Notes: generated from the letters alone by a model not told the origin. Counted from the first letter of the stretch, positions 1-16,139 are shown. The stretch: DNA of 64,000 nt from Hemiscyllium ocellatum (GCF_020745735.1 NC_083410.1:3198117-3262116), one strand, 5' to 3'. Numbers and translations: made by a program.

Positions 1-609
1 ATGATTCAGGCCATATCAGAATAGCAGGAACACGTCACAGTTATACTCCAAAAAATAACTATTTGAACAGAATTCAATCCACTCTTATGTGAGATAGCGG
101 TTTCCGTTAGCTACACTCCTTAAAACTCACCCTCCTACAACCCAATTTAACCCAATTAACAAAAAAGGTAACATTCAATGTCCACCAGGAACAGAGAGAA
201 CCCAGCTTCTATGCCCTCACCCCCATCTCCTACCCATACTACTCACCAGGAGCAGTGTGAGGGTTATAAAGATGCAGGGAAGGAAGTGAGGGAATTGAAT
301 ATTGCATTCATTAATAGTTTCCCCACTATTATAGAACTGAATCACACAATGTTAACCTTCATTAATATGTCTTGACAGGTCTCAGGCATTCCCTCAGATG
401 ACAGATAGTTATTAACAAATAGTTCAGATAACTCATACGGCTCGTGGGGCAGGTGCAGTGTCGTTACCTCCGGACGAGGAAGCTAAGGTTCAAGTGCCAC
501 CTACTCCAGAAGTGTGTAATAATATGTCTGTCGATATTTTCTATTTGGCCTGTTCAGAGATATCTATTATACACCTTTGGAGAAGTGCGATTTCAGGAGG
601 CAGAGAAAT

Positions 610-1490
610 GTGAAGGTCTGTAGCTCAGGTTGAGGTTCTGGATCTACACTTGCTTGCTGAACTGTTTTCTGATATTTCGTCACTGTATTAGGTAACATCA
701 TCAGTCAGCCTCCAGTAAAGTGCTGGTAGTATGTGCCTCTTTCTATTTATGTGCCATGCCTTCTTAAGGTGGGTGATATTATTTCCTGTTCTTTTTCTCA
801 GTGAATGGCAGATGGGGTCCAAATCGATGTGTTTATTGATGGAGTTCCGGTTAGAATGCCAGGCCTCTCGGACGTGTCCTGCATGTCTCTGTTTAACTTG
901 TCGAGGGTCAAGTCAAAGTGGTGTCCTTCTTCGTTTGTAAGCAATGATACTAGTGGCAGTGGGTCATGTCTTTTTGTGGCTAGTTGGTGTTCATGTATCC
1001 TGGTGGCTAGTCGTCTGCCTGTTTGTCTGATGTAGTGTTTGCTACTGTCCTTGCATGGCATTTTGTAGATGACATGCATTTTGCTGGTTGCTTTATTGGT
1101 TCCTTTAGGTTCATTAGTTCTATTTAAGTGTGTTGGTAGGTTTGGGGGGGCTACCATGCCAAGGGGGTCTGAGTAGTCTGGAAATCATTTCAGAGATAGC
1201 TTCGATGTATGGTAATGTGGCTACTGCTTCCAGGCATGCTGTGTCTGCTTGTTTGGGTTTGTTGTTGAGAAATCAGCGGACTGGGTTTATTGGGTACCCG
1301 TTCTTCTTGATTATGCTGCATCTGCATTTTTCTTCTGCTGTTCATAGTTCTTGGATGCTGTGGCTCATTGAAATAATGTACTGATGCAGCTCCACTTGTG
1401 GGGGTTAGGATGATTGCTTCTGTAGCTAAGTATTTCGGCAGTCTGTGATGTTTTCCTGTAGACTGGTTTGAAGTTCTCCAGTAATCTATA
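610..1490 (-). mobile_element. Penelope-like retroelement 3' fragment (GIY-YIG endonuclease plus terminal region with hammerhead motif)
   Basis: VIYKMPCKDSSKHYIRQTGRRLATRIHEH; CTGATGA-GTTAC/GTGAC-GAAA on minus strand at 669-708. Confidence 0.8.
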
Positions 1491-1539
1491 CAGTTTATTC
1501 AGAAAGAACTGTTATCTAATAAAAAAGTACACCGATAAT

Positions 1540-1800
1540 ATCTCAGTGGTTAGCACTGTAGTCTCATAACACCAGAGATTCCAGCCTTGGGTGACTGTCC
1601 GTGATACATTCTCCCCATGTTTATGTGGGTTTCTGCTGGGAGCTCCCATTTCCTCCCACAGTCTAAAGATGTACAGTTAGGTGGATTGGCCTTGGTAAAT
1701 GCACAGTTACAGAAGAGCACAGAAGTGAGAGAGATGCCCTTTGGATAGTCAGTGCAAACTCGATGGGCCGAATGGCCTCTTTCCACACTCTAGGCATTCC
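1540..1800 (+). mobile_element. tRNA-derived HE1-like SINE, degenerate
   Basis: cagtggttagcactg head; tail similar to CR1 3' end. Confidence 0.7.
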
Positions 1801-4800
1801 ATGAACACTGTTCCCAAGACCCGGTATTACATGACAATATCTACGAGACATTTCAGAATTTGTAATACCACTGAAAGACCTCAGTTACGTTACCCAGTTC
1901 CAGGAAATGTCTCAGTTGCATCACAGTTGCTGCAGGCTTGCTCCATCACATGATCACAAACCACGAAGGCCTAAGGCATCCTGAATCACTCAATGCGGGA
2001 GCACAGGAACACCGCGCTCAGACCATCAATAATTACACTGATCGGATTCTTCACGAGAACTATGGAGTTTGATCCCACATCCCCCACTCTTCAAGCTATT
2101 ATCTAAACCACCATGAACCCACAACACAACAGACCGTTTCATGAATCTCTAAGTGCTGTGATTCCAATGTTCTCCTCAAATGTTATCTTTTAAAGTGCAA
2201 GCATTCCTTTCATGACAAATGAAGCAGCTAATCTGTGCACAGAGAGGTCCCGTGAGTTGCAATGAGACAAATGCAGAGTTTAGTACTTATTACAGGCATT
2301 GGTCAGGGGTGAAAATTGACCAGGTTATCATCAGCACTGAGACCTCTTACCCCAACCCTCTCAGCACTACCCAGGAAGTGTCAACACGTGTTCCGTGTTC
2401 AAGTAAGGTTAGAATCCATGAATTTCTGACTTATTGGGAATAGAGATACTTGAGAAATTATTTTCACTGTAGGTGGTTAAGGATTGCTCTGTGATATCTT
2501 CATGGTTATCAAGGCTTAAAATGGAACATCACTGCCTTTGGCTGGTCTGAAAACAGCAAAGACCCAAATTTATCATAGGCGTTATCATAAACATTTCTGC
2601 ACATCGTGTGGTTTCATCACAACCCATCACTGAAAGAATTAAATAAATTTCCCCTTAAAGGCAAATCAGTTTCAGCTAAGTAGGTCCTCACAGACACCTG
2701 ATGCGCTGATTGCTGTCGCTGTTCTGTAATTTTCTATGATTCTGGACTTTCATTACAGTCATCGAGTCAGGGTTCACCTGAAGTGATGCATTTCATTAAC
2801 ACTGCCCTGACACACAGTGGGAACTCAATTCAAATGGAATGAAAGTTCCCTTCCCGAGAGAGAGAGATTAGAGGGCTTCAGATTTGCTCTTGACAGAGTT
2901 CTAGGTCAACGCCAACTCATTCTTGTGTTGCCTCAGATGTCTCGTCCGTGTCGCTTTATTGATGGGAGAGAACCTGCACTGTATTTAAAGCGAAACTATA
3001 TTTAAAGACATGGGACACTGGTCCTGCAACGTCCACTTGGTGCTGGATACAGGAGTTTTAAAAGAGGAAAATTGTAACTTTCCAGTGAAACTGCAGATAT
3101 TTCACTGGATAGGGAATAAATAGGATCTACCAGAACCCTGTTGTGACACCACCTCAATATTATTCTTCTTTAGCTTCAGTTGAAGTGCAGGTATCCAAGC
3201 CAGTTTGTGTCTCACTCCATGATAGTGATGAACTAACCCTATTTGGGTCAAACACAGAAATGTCTGAATCTCTTCATTGGTTCATTGAACAGTCAACTCC
3301 TTTTCTGCACTAAAGCACCACAGATAGAAATCTGGTTTCACAAGAAGCTGGGGCATCATACAGACAACTGTGTAGTCTGTAACCAGTCTTTCCACAAGAA
3401 ACATTTTGTCGTCTGCGGTAATGAACAGACATTTCAGAAAGTATAAAAGCTGACCTACATCAGGGGCTCAAGAAAGCAGTCGGAGCCCATGATGAGTAAA
3501 ACAAAATCTTCCACGATTCCATTACCTTGGGTCCTAGTTTCTATTTGCCACTCCTACTCCTGAGAAGAGAAAGTTTTCCATCCTTGGGCTTACACATGAG
3601 GTCACGCCCAGGGCAAAACCAATCACCATTCTATAACACCCACTCAATCTGACTTCAAGACTTTCCAATGCCAAACTCTTTCACTGTGACACTATCATTC
3701 CCAAACAAGAATATCCCACCACTGTCTTGGCCACCTATTCTATATTCTACCCATCCAGAATGCCACTGTTCTGGTGGTATCATACAGCACCACCCTGAGC
3801 AATCACTGTATTGGTCACTAACTCGTGTAATCTCCAGCCTCCCCAATTTCTCAAATGCAATATTCTCATGTTGGCGTTAGCCCTCCCAGATTCACTGAAT
3901 TGACACAATGGCTATTTGATCCTTCATTCCATTATTTATGGTCATGTCTCAACTGGAACCTTCTTTCGGTATTCCTTGCACACCATTTTTTTCAATCCCG
4001 GCCTCTTTAAACAATTCGTGAGCCCAATCTCTCTCATTGACATTGCTACTGTTTGTTTGATTTTACCTCCGCCAAGTTCTTTGGTGCATTTTAGGGAACA
4101 CAAGCTGTGAAGCTGCTCTATAATTCACAATACAAAGCCAATTTCCCAGCAAGGCAAGGCTGGGTGAGGGTAAGAAAACCCAAGAAGTGGGTCTGATACA
4201 GGAATCTATTCTCAGACACCACAGCTGCCTTTACTGTACTACTCTTTACCCAGCACCTTGCAACTACATAATCTTCATGTCCACAAAGTCCTTAATTAGT
4301 ACTTTTCAATTTACAGGGTCAATTGTAACTCCTTGTCATTATAAGCTAAGCCAGTTCTGTGCTCTTTAAATACAGTATCTGAAAGCAGGGAGTGTACAAA
4401 TCACTTCACCTCACTATTAGCCAGAGAGCCCATGCAAAAGAGTTTTCTCAAAAGTTGTGGTGGATCAGAACTACAGAGGTCTTTTATGTGGTTTCATTAG
4501 AGAGAATCACTTTTCATTAATAGAGGCACAACAGGATATTCTCAGAACTCACGTAAGTTCGGCTGAACCGTACATTTTGTGATTACACAACATGATGAAA
4601 CAGGAACATTTGTGAGCTCATGCATTTTCCTCAAACACAGAAACCAGTGTGTACAATTCTAGAAAGTCACTTCTTGGTAAATAGATTTAACAAGTTTGGT
4701 CATTACCATAAGTAGTTAGCACTGGTGTCTCATAATACTAGAGATTCTAGATGATTGTTTCAATTTCCAAACTAATGCGACAAAATACATCAAAATCATG

Positions 4801-6245
4801 GAAGAGCTGAGGCCACTCAAACCACCAAGTCCATGATTTTCAGACTGTACACAACCTGCACGGTGGAAATCCCATCAATTCAATTATATTGCAAGGATGA
4901 ATTTGCATAAATCTTGTCCTGTGCCTATTTGGAAATGAACCAAAGCAGCAAAGACCCAATGTACTCCATATTCTTGAGAAAGGAAAGGCAATCACCTCTC
5001 CACTCACCATTACAGCTCGGAATTCCATTTTCCCTACACAATATTACCCCAGCTCCTTTTGTTGACGTGTTATTCAAAACATCTTCAATTGCTTACATTT
5101 GGGTAAGGAATAATTTGCAGTCTCTGATCAAATTTCCTCTCGAATGTACCAAATAAAGCTCAGTTCTCAATGACATCTCAATGCAAGAACCTCTGCAGTG
5201 CCTCAACAGCTTAAAATCTTCAAAACGTCACTTGGCTAAATCGCTCTCGCTATTCCAAGGACAGTCTTACCATGTGAAAAGACCAGAATTAATTCTGGTG
5301 AATCCTGAAATCCCTTCAGATACAAGTTGATATTCGAACACTTTGATAACTTCCATACATCTTCAAATTTCACAAAACCATCTTGTTGGTTCAGAAACCT
5401 GTCATTACAAACAGCATTCTCCCTCCGCTGCAATCCCCAAATTAAATTTTAGATCATAAAAATGTGGAAGTAGGCCATTCAGCCCATTGAGTCTGCTTTG
5501 ATTAGTTCCTTGTTGGAAAAAAAGGCTTCCTTAGATCAGTGTTCATGAGAACATATGAATGAGGAGCAGGAGTAGACCATCTGGGCCCTCCAGTTCCTGC
5601 CATCACTCAAGATCATAGTTGATCTGATTACTCGCTTCCCTTGACCTTTCATGTTGCACTTAGCGATGATCTACCTATGGTAAGGAAATTCAAAAAACTC
5701 TGTCCTTGAGGAACACAGTTCCAAACACACACAATCTTCAAAAAAAAAGCTCATCTTTCGCAGGTAACTCTCTTGTTCCAGCTTCCCCAACAAGAGGACG
5801 CAGCCCTTCCACAAGACTGCTCTGGATTTTATATGTTTCAAGTAAATCCTCCCAACAAAATTCAGATTTTCAAGAGTTTTTGTCCATCCATCTCTACTCG
5901 TTGGGCACACAGAGCTGAACAGTCAAGAGGATGTCCAAGAAGATTGCACATATCGACACAGATATCAAGTTTTTACAGGAATGCAGGAAGCAGGATGGAG
6001 AGGATCTCCAAGACGAATGCACATATTGATTAAGTTACACGACATTACTCTCCAGTATATACCAAATCGACTGTAAACATCAATTCTGCCATCTTGTGGC
6101 ACGTCAGAAAATGCCAACAGTCTATACATCTGGAACTGTTTGCACCTCTCTTCTATAATTGGATGGTGTGGGCTGTTAGCTGGGAAGCTTTTTAAACTGC
6201 CTGCTTACATGACACTCTCTGCTGATAATCTCCACAGGAACTTAC

Positions 6246-6372
6246 CTGTGTCTCCTGGCTCCATGTAAAAGGTTGTCGTGTTTTTCATAAATCTGGAGCT
6301 CCTGCTCCTCTTCGTGAATGGCATCAGGATCCTCTGTTGCCAGAATATCAACTGCACTGCCCAGGGGTAAGG
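6246..6372 (-). CDS. MCM3: MCM3 exon 11 ([41 protein letters not shown]); later exons lie outside the window
   Basis: 127 nt; tttAG acceptor, GTAAGT donor; no exon-12-like sequence recognised in 1-6245. Confidence 0.93.
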
Positions 6373-7116
6373 CTAAATAAAAAAAATGGCAAACATCAGA
6401 TTTGGGATCAGCAGTGTTGAATTAAGAGATTGAAGTCATTAACCCACCAATTCCATTTCTCCAGCAAAAATGATAGGACCACTGTCAGCTACTGATGGCT
6501 GGACAAGTAATAAATAGCAATGAAACTCTCTTTGAAAGTTGCAGTACGGGGGACAGGGATGTGGTGGCAATCTCACTGATCTGTAATCCAGAGGTCCTGG
6601 ACAATTTTTGGAGGATAGAGGTTTAAATCCCATCTTGACACCTTTATTTAAACGAGATTAATAAATCTGGAATGTGAAGCTACACTCAGCGATGGTGACC
6701 ATAAAGCCCATTGGTGATTGTTGTAAGGTTCACTAATTGCAGCTGTCCTTAGTCAGTCTAGCCCATGTGTAACTCCAAACCCAGAGCACATATGGTTGAC
6801 ACTCGCTTCAAGGGAAATTAAGGATGGGTAACCAATGCTGCTCTTGCCAGTGATATCCACATTCCTTGAAAAACGTGCCAGCAATAAAGGCAGACATGGA
6901 ATTTAATTTTCTAAATGTATGCAGTACCTGTTTATTAACTGTAGTTCATGTACAGGGTCCATAAAACCCCTCTCAACATCAACATTAAATATTTTGCAAC
7001 CTAAAAAAATAGTTTTTATTCCTCTTAGTAAAATAAAGTCTCAGATTCCCCCACATTATACTCCATCAGCTACTGTCTTTCCTCCTCGTTTCTCCACATC
7101 ACTTTCCCACCTAGCT

Positions 7117-7343
7117 CTGGGAGGAGTTAGCCTAGTTGGCTGGTTTGCAATGCAGAATGATGCCAACAGTATGGTTTCAATTCCCGCACCAGTCGAGGTT
7201 ACCATGAAGGACTGTCCTTCTCAAACTCTCCCTTCAACTGAAGCATGGTGGCCCTCAGGTTAAACCCCAACCAGTTGCCTCTGTCTCTAACAAAAGCAGC
7301 TGCCCTGCTCTGGTAGGACTATGGTAACTTTAACTTTACCTTG
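7117..7343 (+). mobile_element. tRNA-derived SINE with 11-bp TSD
   Basis: CCCACCTAGCT at 7106-7116 and 7344-7354; tagcctagttggc / gtttcaattcc boxes. Confidence 0.65.
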
Positions 7344-7710
7344 CCCACCTAGCTTTCTATTGATGGAAAAACATGCATGTATTACCCTCAATCCCCTCAG
7401 TTATTTCATAAATTACAAATAGCCCACATTAAAATGCTGCCAAGTTGAAAATGACAACTTTCTTTAAGCCTTTAACCAATTCCTCAGTCACGCACATCAT
7501 CAACTACCCGAACCCTTAGATTCTGCAATGTTTTGCTCGACGGTTAATTAAATGCCTCCTGAAAATACAAATATATTAAATCCAGTGGGTTCCCCTTAGT
7601 CTTACACAGTCAACTTTAACATTAAAAAAAACCTGTGGGTCAAACCTAACTCTCTTTTAAAAAAAAATGTCACATTAATGGTATTTTTTTGTTTAAATGG
7701 CTTATTACTA

Positions 7711-7899
<189 letters not shown>

Positions 7900-9013
7900 C
7901 TAGCAGGGAAAGGGGAGGCAAAGAAACAGACAGCAAATCAACCGAGAGAAACAAACAAGAATCCCTGTCTGTGATATCCACCACAAGACAAGAGACTTGG
8001 CGGAACAGGACTAGCCCCATTCCAGAAGAGACTCAGCCAAAGTATGGCTCCCTGCATTGACTTCTTATTAGAGCTGAAGTTACAGAAGGGATTACTGCCC
8101 CAAGCAACCACTGTCTGCCCTTTACAGTGGAATTAATGAATGGCAGCAATCCAGTTTGAGTTGGCTGGCTCTGGAACGGATTTATAATTTGAAGATTTTA
8201 GCACTGCCATTTCAAAACACAATTAACAAAGATCGTTTAGAAACTGCAAACTGCAACAAAACATTTCACTCAGCATAACTCCGAGGAGTTCACAAAAGAA
8301 CATTCAGTTCTGGTGAAAGGTCGTCAACCTGAAACGTTATCTCAGCTTCTCCCTCCACATAATCTGCCAGACTCGCTGAATACTTCCTTTATTCACACCC
8401 AGGGTGTAGGAGTCAACGGCTGGGCCAGCATTATTTTCCCACCCCTAGTTGCCCTGTGAGCAGTTAGTAGCCCACATATAGGCGAGACATCAAGATTTCC
8501 TTCCTTACAGGGAATTAATAAACCAGATGGTTTTTACAGTGATCAATAATGGTGATGTGGTTGCCATCAGACTGGTTTTCATTAATTTCCAGTTTTAAAA
8601 TTTACCAGCTGCCATGGTAAGACGTGAACCCATGTCCTTGGAGTATGAGCCAGGACTCTGGAGTACCAGCCCAGTAACATCCCCACTTTCCTCCTGCCTT
8701 CACTCAGTAGTTCCTGGCTTTATTATAGATCTCCAGCATCCACATTATGCTAGACTCATATGTTACAGATGGGGTTCTTTGGGAATAGAGTTAAAGCACT
8801 GTCTCAGAGGTCTGATCCATTGGGAGCACAGCACCCCTAATTTCCACTGCATGCCTTCAGAGGTCCAATGTGTAGAACGGATTTCCAGATGCAGAGATCC
8901 ACACAACAATGAGCCCATCGGGGGAGTGGAACCTCTCAGCAGCTCTGGGGCCACACAGCTCAAAGGAAATGTTGGTAAAGCAGAGTACAGAAACATGATT
9001 TAGAACATAATCA

Positions 9014-9451
<438 letters not shown>

Positions 9452-11080
9452 TTACCAGCAGTCACCAGTGAAAACCTTCACATCTCGGCTGTAGTACAAC
9501 TGATTAATCCTGTGCATGCAGTGGTTTCCTTATTTTTGCTAAATATTCTATGGAGTTCTTATCGAATCAGAAGCCAGTTAAGACTGATTCACCACTTCCC
9601 CACAGAGCACTGTTTCAGTACTGGACGGAAGCACCCGTCACCACAGACACAACTGTGTGAGCCATGGGAAAGACACACAGCCGACCACTGTTTCTCTACG
9701 GCATGTGACTTCTCCAATTCCTACGCCACAGAAATCCAAATGGAAAGCAACTGCATCCAGAACCACTCTTAGACAAGATGAAAACAACATGCACGGCTAG
9801 TCTCCATTGGGACATAGACTTGTCCCAGAGATGTACAGGTTAAATCAACACAGAAGGGCTCTTGTGATGCAGTGGCACTGTTCCTTTCTCTGGACCCCAA
9901 GGCCAGAGTTCAAGTCACACTTGGCAGAAATTTGAGGTAACATCTCTAAACAGGGACAAATTTTCCTCCGTGAGGGTGGTTTGTGTGTGGAATGAACTTC
10001 CTGAGCAAGTGGTGGTTGAACAACTTCTTAAAAGACATTTGGATTGATACATGAATAGGAAAGGGTTGGAGGCATGTGGGCCACATGCAACCAACTAGTT
10101 TAGTTTGGGATTCTGTTTGGCTTGGACTGGTTGGACCAAAAGGTCTGTTTCCTTGCTGTATGAGTCTTGACTCTATAACAGACTGATGAGAAAATAACTT
10201 TAAAAACCAACATGTTTGGAATAGTGAACACATGGTGCTGAGATATTGTAGCCCATTACCCCTCCGTGTGGCAGCAACAAGTACTGCAAGCAGTATTATA
10301 GAGCATGCCTATGAATATCTAAAGCCCTAGCTCAATACTCTCACTATTTACCAGACATCAGACCAAAACCAGACTCCAATCTTAAATATGAAGTCCTGTG
10401 GGAGAAATGTAAAATCTTTACAAATACAGACAATCCCCAAGTTGCAAATGGGTTCTGTTCTGGAGTCCATTCACAAGTTGATTTGTGCACAAATTAGAGC
10501 ACATGCAGGATAATGTAAAGCTGCTGTTCATAAATTCTGGATTTTTAAAGGATAAATTGAAAGCGCACATGGGACTGCATTTGTAAATGCGAGCATTCAT
10601 AAATTTGGGCCCCTGCATTGAGAATTGGTCTTGAAAAACACAAACATATTTCTTTGTCAAGAGGAAGCTGTGGTGCCATTACAACAATACCTCATGACAT
10701 TTCACATTTGTCCTAGTCCGGGATCATACGAGCAAGTAACATCACTGGGTCACTCAGTCCTTCAAGCTGTTCCACCATTCAATAAGATCGCGGCTGATGT
10801 GCCTTTGACCTCTACATTCCTGCATATCCCTGATAACCTTTGACCCTGGGTAATCAGGGATATACCTTCCTCTGCCATGGAAATATTTAGAGATTCTGCA
10901 CCCAAGGTCTTTTGAGAAAGGGAATTTCAAAGACACTTAACTGTGAGGAAAAAAAACATTTCCTCATCTCAACCATGCTCCCTCCATGTGACTGGCTTCA
11001 GCCCACTTTATAAGTGGGTTAATTCAACAATCCCTCCCTCCCTCACGATTGCCTCCAAGGTCAGCACCACAGGCTGATCA

Positions 11081-11269
<189 letters not shown>

Positions 11270-12245
11270 TCACTCAATTCCGGAAAGCACACACTGAGAG
11301 CAAAGCCAGCCCCTTGCTGCCTTCGGGAAGGTGGCGATGAGCTGCCTTACTGAACTGCTGCTGTCATTCCTGTAGTTAGACGCACAATGCCCTTAGGGTT
11401 TTGACCCAGTGGCATTGAAGGAACAGCAATATATTTCCAAGTCAGGATGGTGAATGGCTTGGAGGGGAACTTGCAGGGGTAGTGTTCCCACGCATCTGCT
11501 ACCCATGTCCTTGGAGATGAAAGTGGTCATGGACTTGGAAGGTGCTGCCTGCCTTTGTGAATTGTCACAGTGCATCCTATAGATAGTGCACACTGCTGTT
11601 AAGGGAAGTAAATGTTAAAGATGTTGAATGAAGTATCAAGCAAGCAGGCCACTTTATCTGGATGCTTTTTGATAATCAATAGTGCCAGGATTGCCATTAA
11701 CCCAGCTCTTTATTCAAGATTTTAATGGAATTAAACGTTCAACATGCGCCATGGCAGGATTTGAACTGATGTCTTTAGAGAATTAGCCTAAGTTTCTGGA
11801 TTACTAACCCAGTCACATTTCTACTGCCTCCCCATGTCATTCATGCCCCGGAAAAGAGGTGACTGACCTACAATAACCACAACCATCATCCTTTGTGTCA
11901 GGTACAACTCCAGCCAGCAGTTTTCCTCATCATTCTCACTGAAGGACTCACTGTTCCAAAATATCCTTGACACCATAATCAATTGCTACCTTGATGCGAA
12001 GGGCAGCCATCTCCCCTCACCTTGGGAGTTCAGCTCTCTTGTTCATATTTGGACAAAGGCTGTGACATTACCACTACAGCACTGCCTCCTCCAGTACGGT
12101 GTTGGAGCTGCAGTCATTGAGGAAAGTGGACAGAGTGTTCCATCAGACTGTTGACCTGTACTGTCCAGGAGGATATTCAGATTTAGCCATGAAGGTTTTC
12201 ATCAGGAACCCATCCACAGCATACACACTGAAGAGCAGAACTTTA

Positions 12246-12434
<189 letters not shown>

Positions 12435-12779
12435 CTAGCAACAGAGCACAGGAGTGCAATATGAATCAACACGATCATTGCCACTGGGAGTAAATGATTA
12501 AGGAAATGCTGTAAACCAATGGAATATAACTAAACCCATAGTCACCCGTCAAAATACTCGACTAATTTGACTCAAGGAAAGAAGAGGACATACTTGATAT
12601 TTCCTTAGAAATGTTTCAAAAGAAGTTGAGATTTGCCTCCCTAAAGCAAAATTTTCAACCATAAAGGATAACAAGCTCAATATTCAAAAAGCATTAACTT
12701 TATTGAAGGTTCACTTTATTAGAGAGAATGTCTATTTTATGGTGCTACTTACTACAGGTAAAGTGATAAATTCACCAAC

Positions 12780-12888
12780 CTTGGACCGAGATTTACTAAA
12801 TTTCTTGATTTTGGCCACATCATCCGCAGAAAACATTGGCGAAACCTCCTTGCTCATCATCTTAACGTTACACGCGATCAGGATTGTC
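12780..12888 (-). CDS. MCM3: MCM3 exon 6 ([36 protein letters not shown])
   Basis: 109 nt; ttctgtAG acceptor, GTTGGT donor; phases fit both neighbours. Confidence 0.93.
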
Positions 12889-13429
12889 CTACAGAAAACA
12901 GCTTTGTTACACAGTTTCCAGCTCTTTGAAAAAAAGTGTATTGAGGTTTAATTGTTGCCCTCCTTCTTCCCCATTATTCACAGCACTAGTTGCGACTTGG
13001 CCAGACAATCCCATGAGGTGGAAGTCATCACATTTCTTTATCCCTGTGGCTCCCCACTCATTGAACCATTTAGGAGCTGAAACAATTGAATAATCGCCCT
13101 GTCATTTCACAGAGGTGATTGACACATTAGAAACTCTGAATTAGGTTGGTAGTCTGGAATTCCACAATCTCTGATGTTAACGTTAACTCTGGGACACAGA
13201 AAAGGATGTAGAGCAGAGAGCTAAGTAATTAGAAAAAGGAGCACAGTGATAAGCAAAAGCATTTTCTGAGTGGCTGGAAATCACAGCACAAGTGAGGTGG
13301 AGTCACCTTCAATCAGAGCATTCAAGAGGGAAAGAGTGTTTTAAAAAGAAATGATGTACTGGGTTTTGGGGGAACGGTGGAAGAATGCCAACAGATGATG
13401 ATGCTCATTTGGACAGTCAGCAGAAGATA

Positions 13430-15290
13430 CATAACACATATAGGAAGGATATGAAAGCTTTGGAAAGAGTTCAGAGGTGGTTTACTAGGGTGTTGCCTGG
13501 TATGGAAGGAAGGCCTTACAAAGAAAGGCTGTGGGAACTAAGGCTGTTTTCATTGGAGAGAAGATGATTGAGAGGTGGCTCATTCGAGACGTATAAGACA
13601 ATCAGACGGTTAGATAGGGTGGACATTTAGAGAATTTTTCCTTGGATGGTGATGGCTAACACAAGGGAACATAGCTTTGAATTGAAGAGAGACAGATTTA
13701 GTATAGATATCAGAGGTAGTTTCTTTACTCAGAGAGAAGTAGGGGTGTGGAATGGCCTGCCTGCAACAGTCGTAGACTTGCCGAGATTAAGGGCATTTAA
13801 ATGTACATTGGGAATGGAATAATAATAGAACCATCTAGGTTAGATGGGCATCAGAATAATTTCACAGGTAAGCACAACATCGAGGGCTGAAGGACCTGCA
13901 ATGTGCTGTAATGTTCTAAACAATTGAGAATCAGGAGGTGAAAGGGAAGGAGGAACATGAAATAATTAATCACCAGGGTAAGGATATTGAAAGAATATCT
14001 GAACTAAAATCTGTCACGTCCCTAGATCCTAACAGACCTCTTCACAGTCCCTTAAAAAAAAAAGAGGTTATTGAAATAGTAGATGCTTCAATTTTTCAAA
14101 ATTCTCTAGATTTTGGAAGGGTCCTATCAGATGGGAAAATTACATTTTGAATCTTCTATTCTAGAGGAGATAGAAAACAGGAAACTACAGGTCGGTATGC
14201 TTAACATTGTTACCTATAGATTCTTGCTCTATGGTCAAAGTTGTAGCAGGGAAACTGGCTTTGTAAAAGGGAAATCATGTTTTTGCTGATTTATTACAGT
14301 TCTTTAAGGAAGTAATAAACAATGCAGAGAAAAGGGAAACCTGTGAACGTGCTATACTTATGATGTCCAGTCAGTATCTGACAAAGTGCCCTGATGATTA
14401 TTCAAGGTGCAGGTGACAAATCAGCATGAACAGAGGATTATTTGGATAACAAACAAAAACAAAAGACGCAGAAATGAGCAATTCTCAAGTTGCATTGCCA
14501 AAAATAATGGAGTCACAAGGATCAGTGCTGGATTGTTCAAATACTTACAATTTTCTCAATAAAGGAACCAAAGTACAGTTGCTAAATCTGCTGATGACAC
14601 AAAGATAGAGGGAATAGGAAGTTGTAGACAGGACATAAGCTGACTATATCGTTTGCAGACTCCTAAAGTGAATGGCCAAAAGAATTGGTGTAGCATAGAT
14701 AAATGTGGACTGATCCACTTTGACAGGAAGGCACTCTGAGGTACAGGACAGTCTGAGTGTTCTTGTACACGAGCCCTTAAGTTAGTCTCCAGGTACAGCA
14801 GGTGATGAGAAAGACAAATGGAATGCTGTTCCTTTCATGCGAATAATCATGTTGAAAGGATTTACAGTAGCCTTACTGCTCATTGCGGAGACCATATCTG
14901 GAGTTCTGCCTACGGCGTTGGTCTTCTAAACTAATGGATGTAAATGCATTAGAAGCATCTCAAAGAAGGTTCACAAAACTGATACCTGAGATAGAGAAGA
15001 AATCTTGAAACGAAGATGATATCTTGAGAAGAAAGGTTGGGACTATAGCCATTGAAGTTAAAGAATGATCTTATTGAACATTCCAAGAGGACTTGATAGG
15101 CGGATGCTGAAGAGATGCTTATGAAAGCGACTAGAACAGAGGACTTAAAAATAAGGCTTGTCCAATTAACACAGGGGTGAGACAGATAATTGAACTAACA
15201 AGGTTATCAAGAATGATCAGAAATGTGGAGTTAATGTCGCCATCAGATCAATTGCGATCCTACTGACTGGCACCAGAGGGGCCTGCTCCA
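13430..15290 (+). mobile_element. Two CR1 LINE fragments, degenerate
   Basis: YRKDMKALERVQRWFTRVLPGMEG...LFSLERR. Confidence 0.8.
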
Positions 15291-15356
15291 AACATGTGTG
15301 TTTGTATGGTCTGTGTTCCCACCGTCAGTGATTAACGCTACGTGCACCTTGCCTCA

Positions 15357-15605
<249 letters not shown>

Positions 15606-16006
15606 CTATAGGACATGAATACACAGAGGCTTACACAACGCTCAAACAGAGAGGTTTAGTTAGCTTCCTGCTCAGATTCTTTCAAAACAAATACCACTAA
15701 CTTTAGACAGCATTTCCAGACTTCACCACAGCCCAAAGCGAACACCAACGCTCTCCACTGAACCAGGGTTGATCCCCTGGCTTAATGTAAATTGTAGAGC
15801 CGGGGATATGCCAGGCCATGAGGCTGCAGATTGGGTTGGAGTAGAATTGGCTGCTGCTGACAGCTCTCAGTGCCTCAGATCAAAATACGCAAAATCTGTC
15901 CCATGTAACACAGTGGCATTCCCACATGACATGATGGAGGAGAATTCTCAATGTGAAGGTGGTTTCAATCGTACTGATAGTCACAGGCAAATGCCTCTAT
16001 GATGGG

Positions 16007-16139
16007 ATGGTTTCCTGATGAAGGGCTTATGCCCGAAACGTCGAATTTCCTTTTCCTTGGATGCTGCCTGACCTGCTGTGCTTTAACCAGCAACACATTT
16101 TCAACTGTGATCTCCAGCATCTGCAGACCTCATTTTTCA
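16007..16139 (+). mobile_element. Short Penelope-derived element with 12-bp TSD
   Basis: CTCTATGATGGG at 15995-16006 and 16140-16151. Confidence 0.85.
16011..16046 (+). ncRNA. Minimal hammerhead ribozyme motif, family A, intact
   Basis: UUC-CUGAUGA-A-GGGC(UUAU)GCCC-GAAAC-GUC-GAA. Confidence 0.75.

Noticed and set aside
3489-3563. ATGATGA...CTGA spaced like a C/D box snoRNA
   Set aside because: Antisense to the MCM3 host intron, with no terminal stem or recognisable guide
4840-5433. Short ORFs suggesting a decayed gene or MCM3 exon 12
   Set aside because: No MCM3-like or other recognisable peptide; multiple stops in the frames examined
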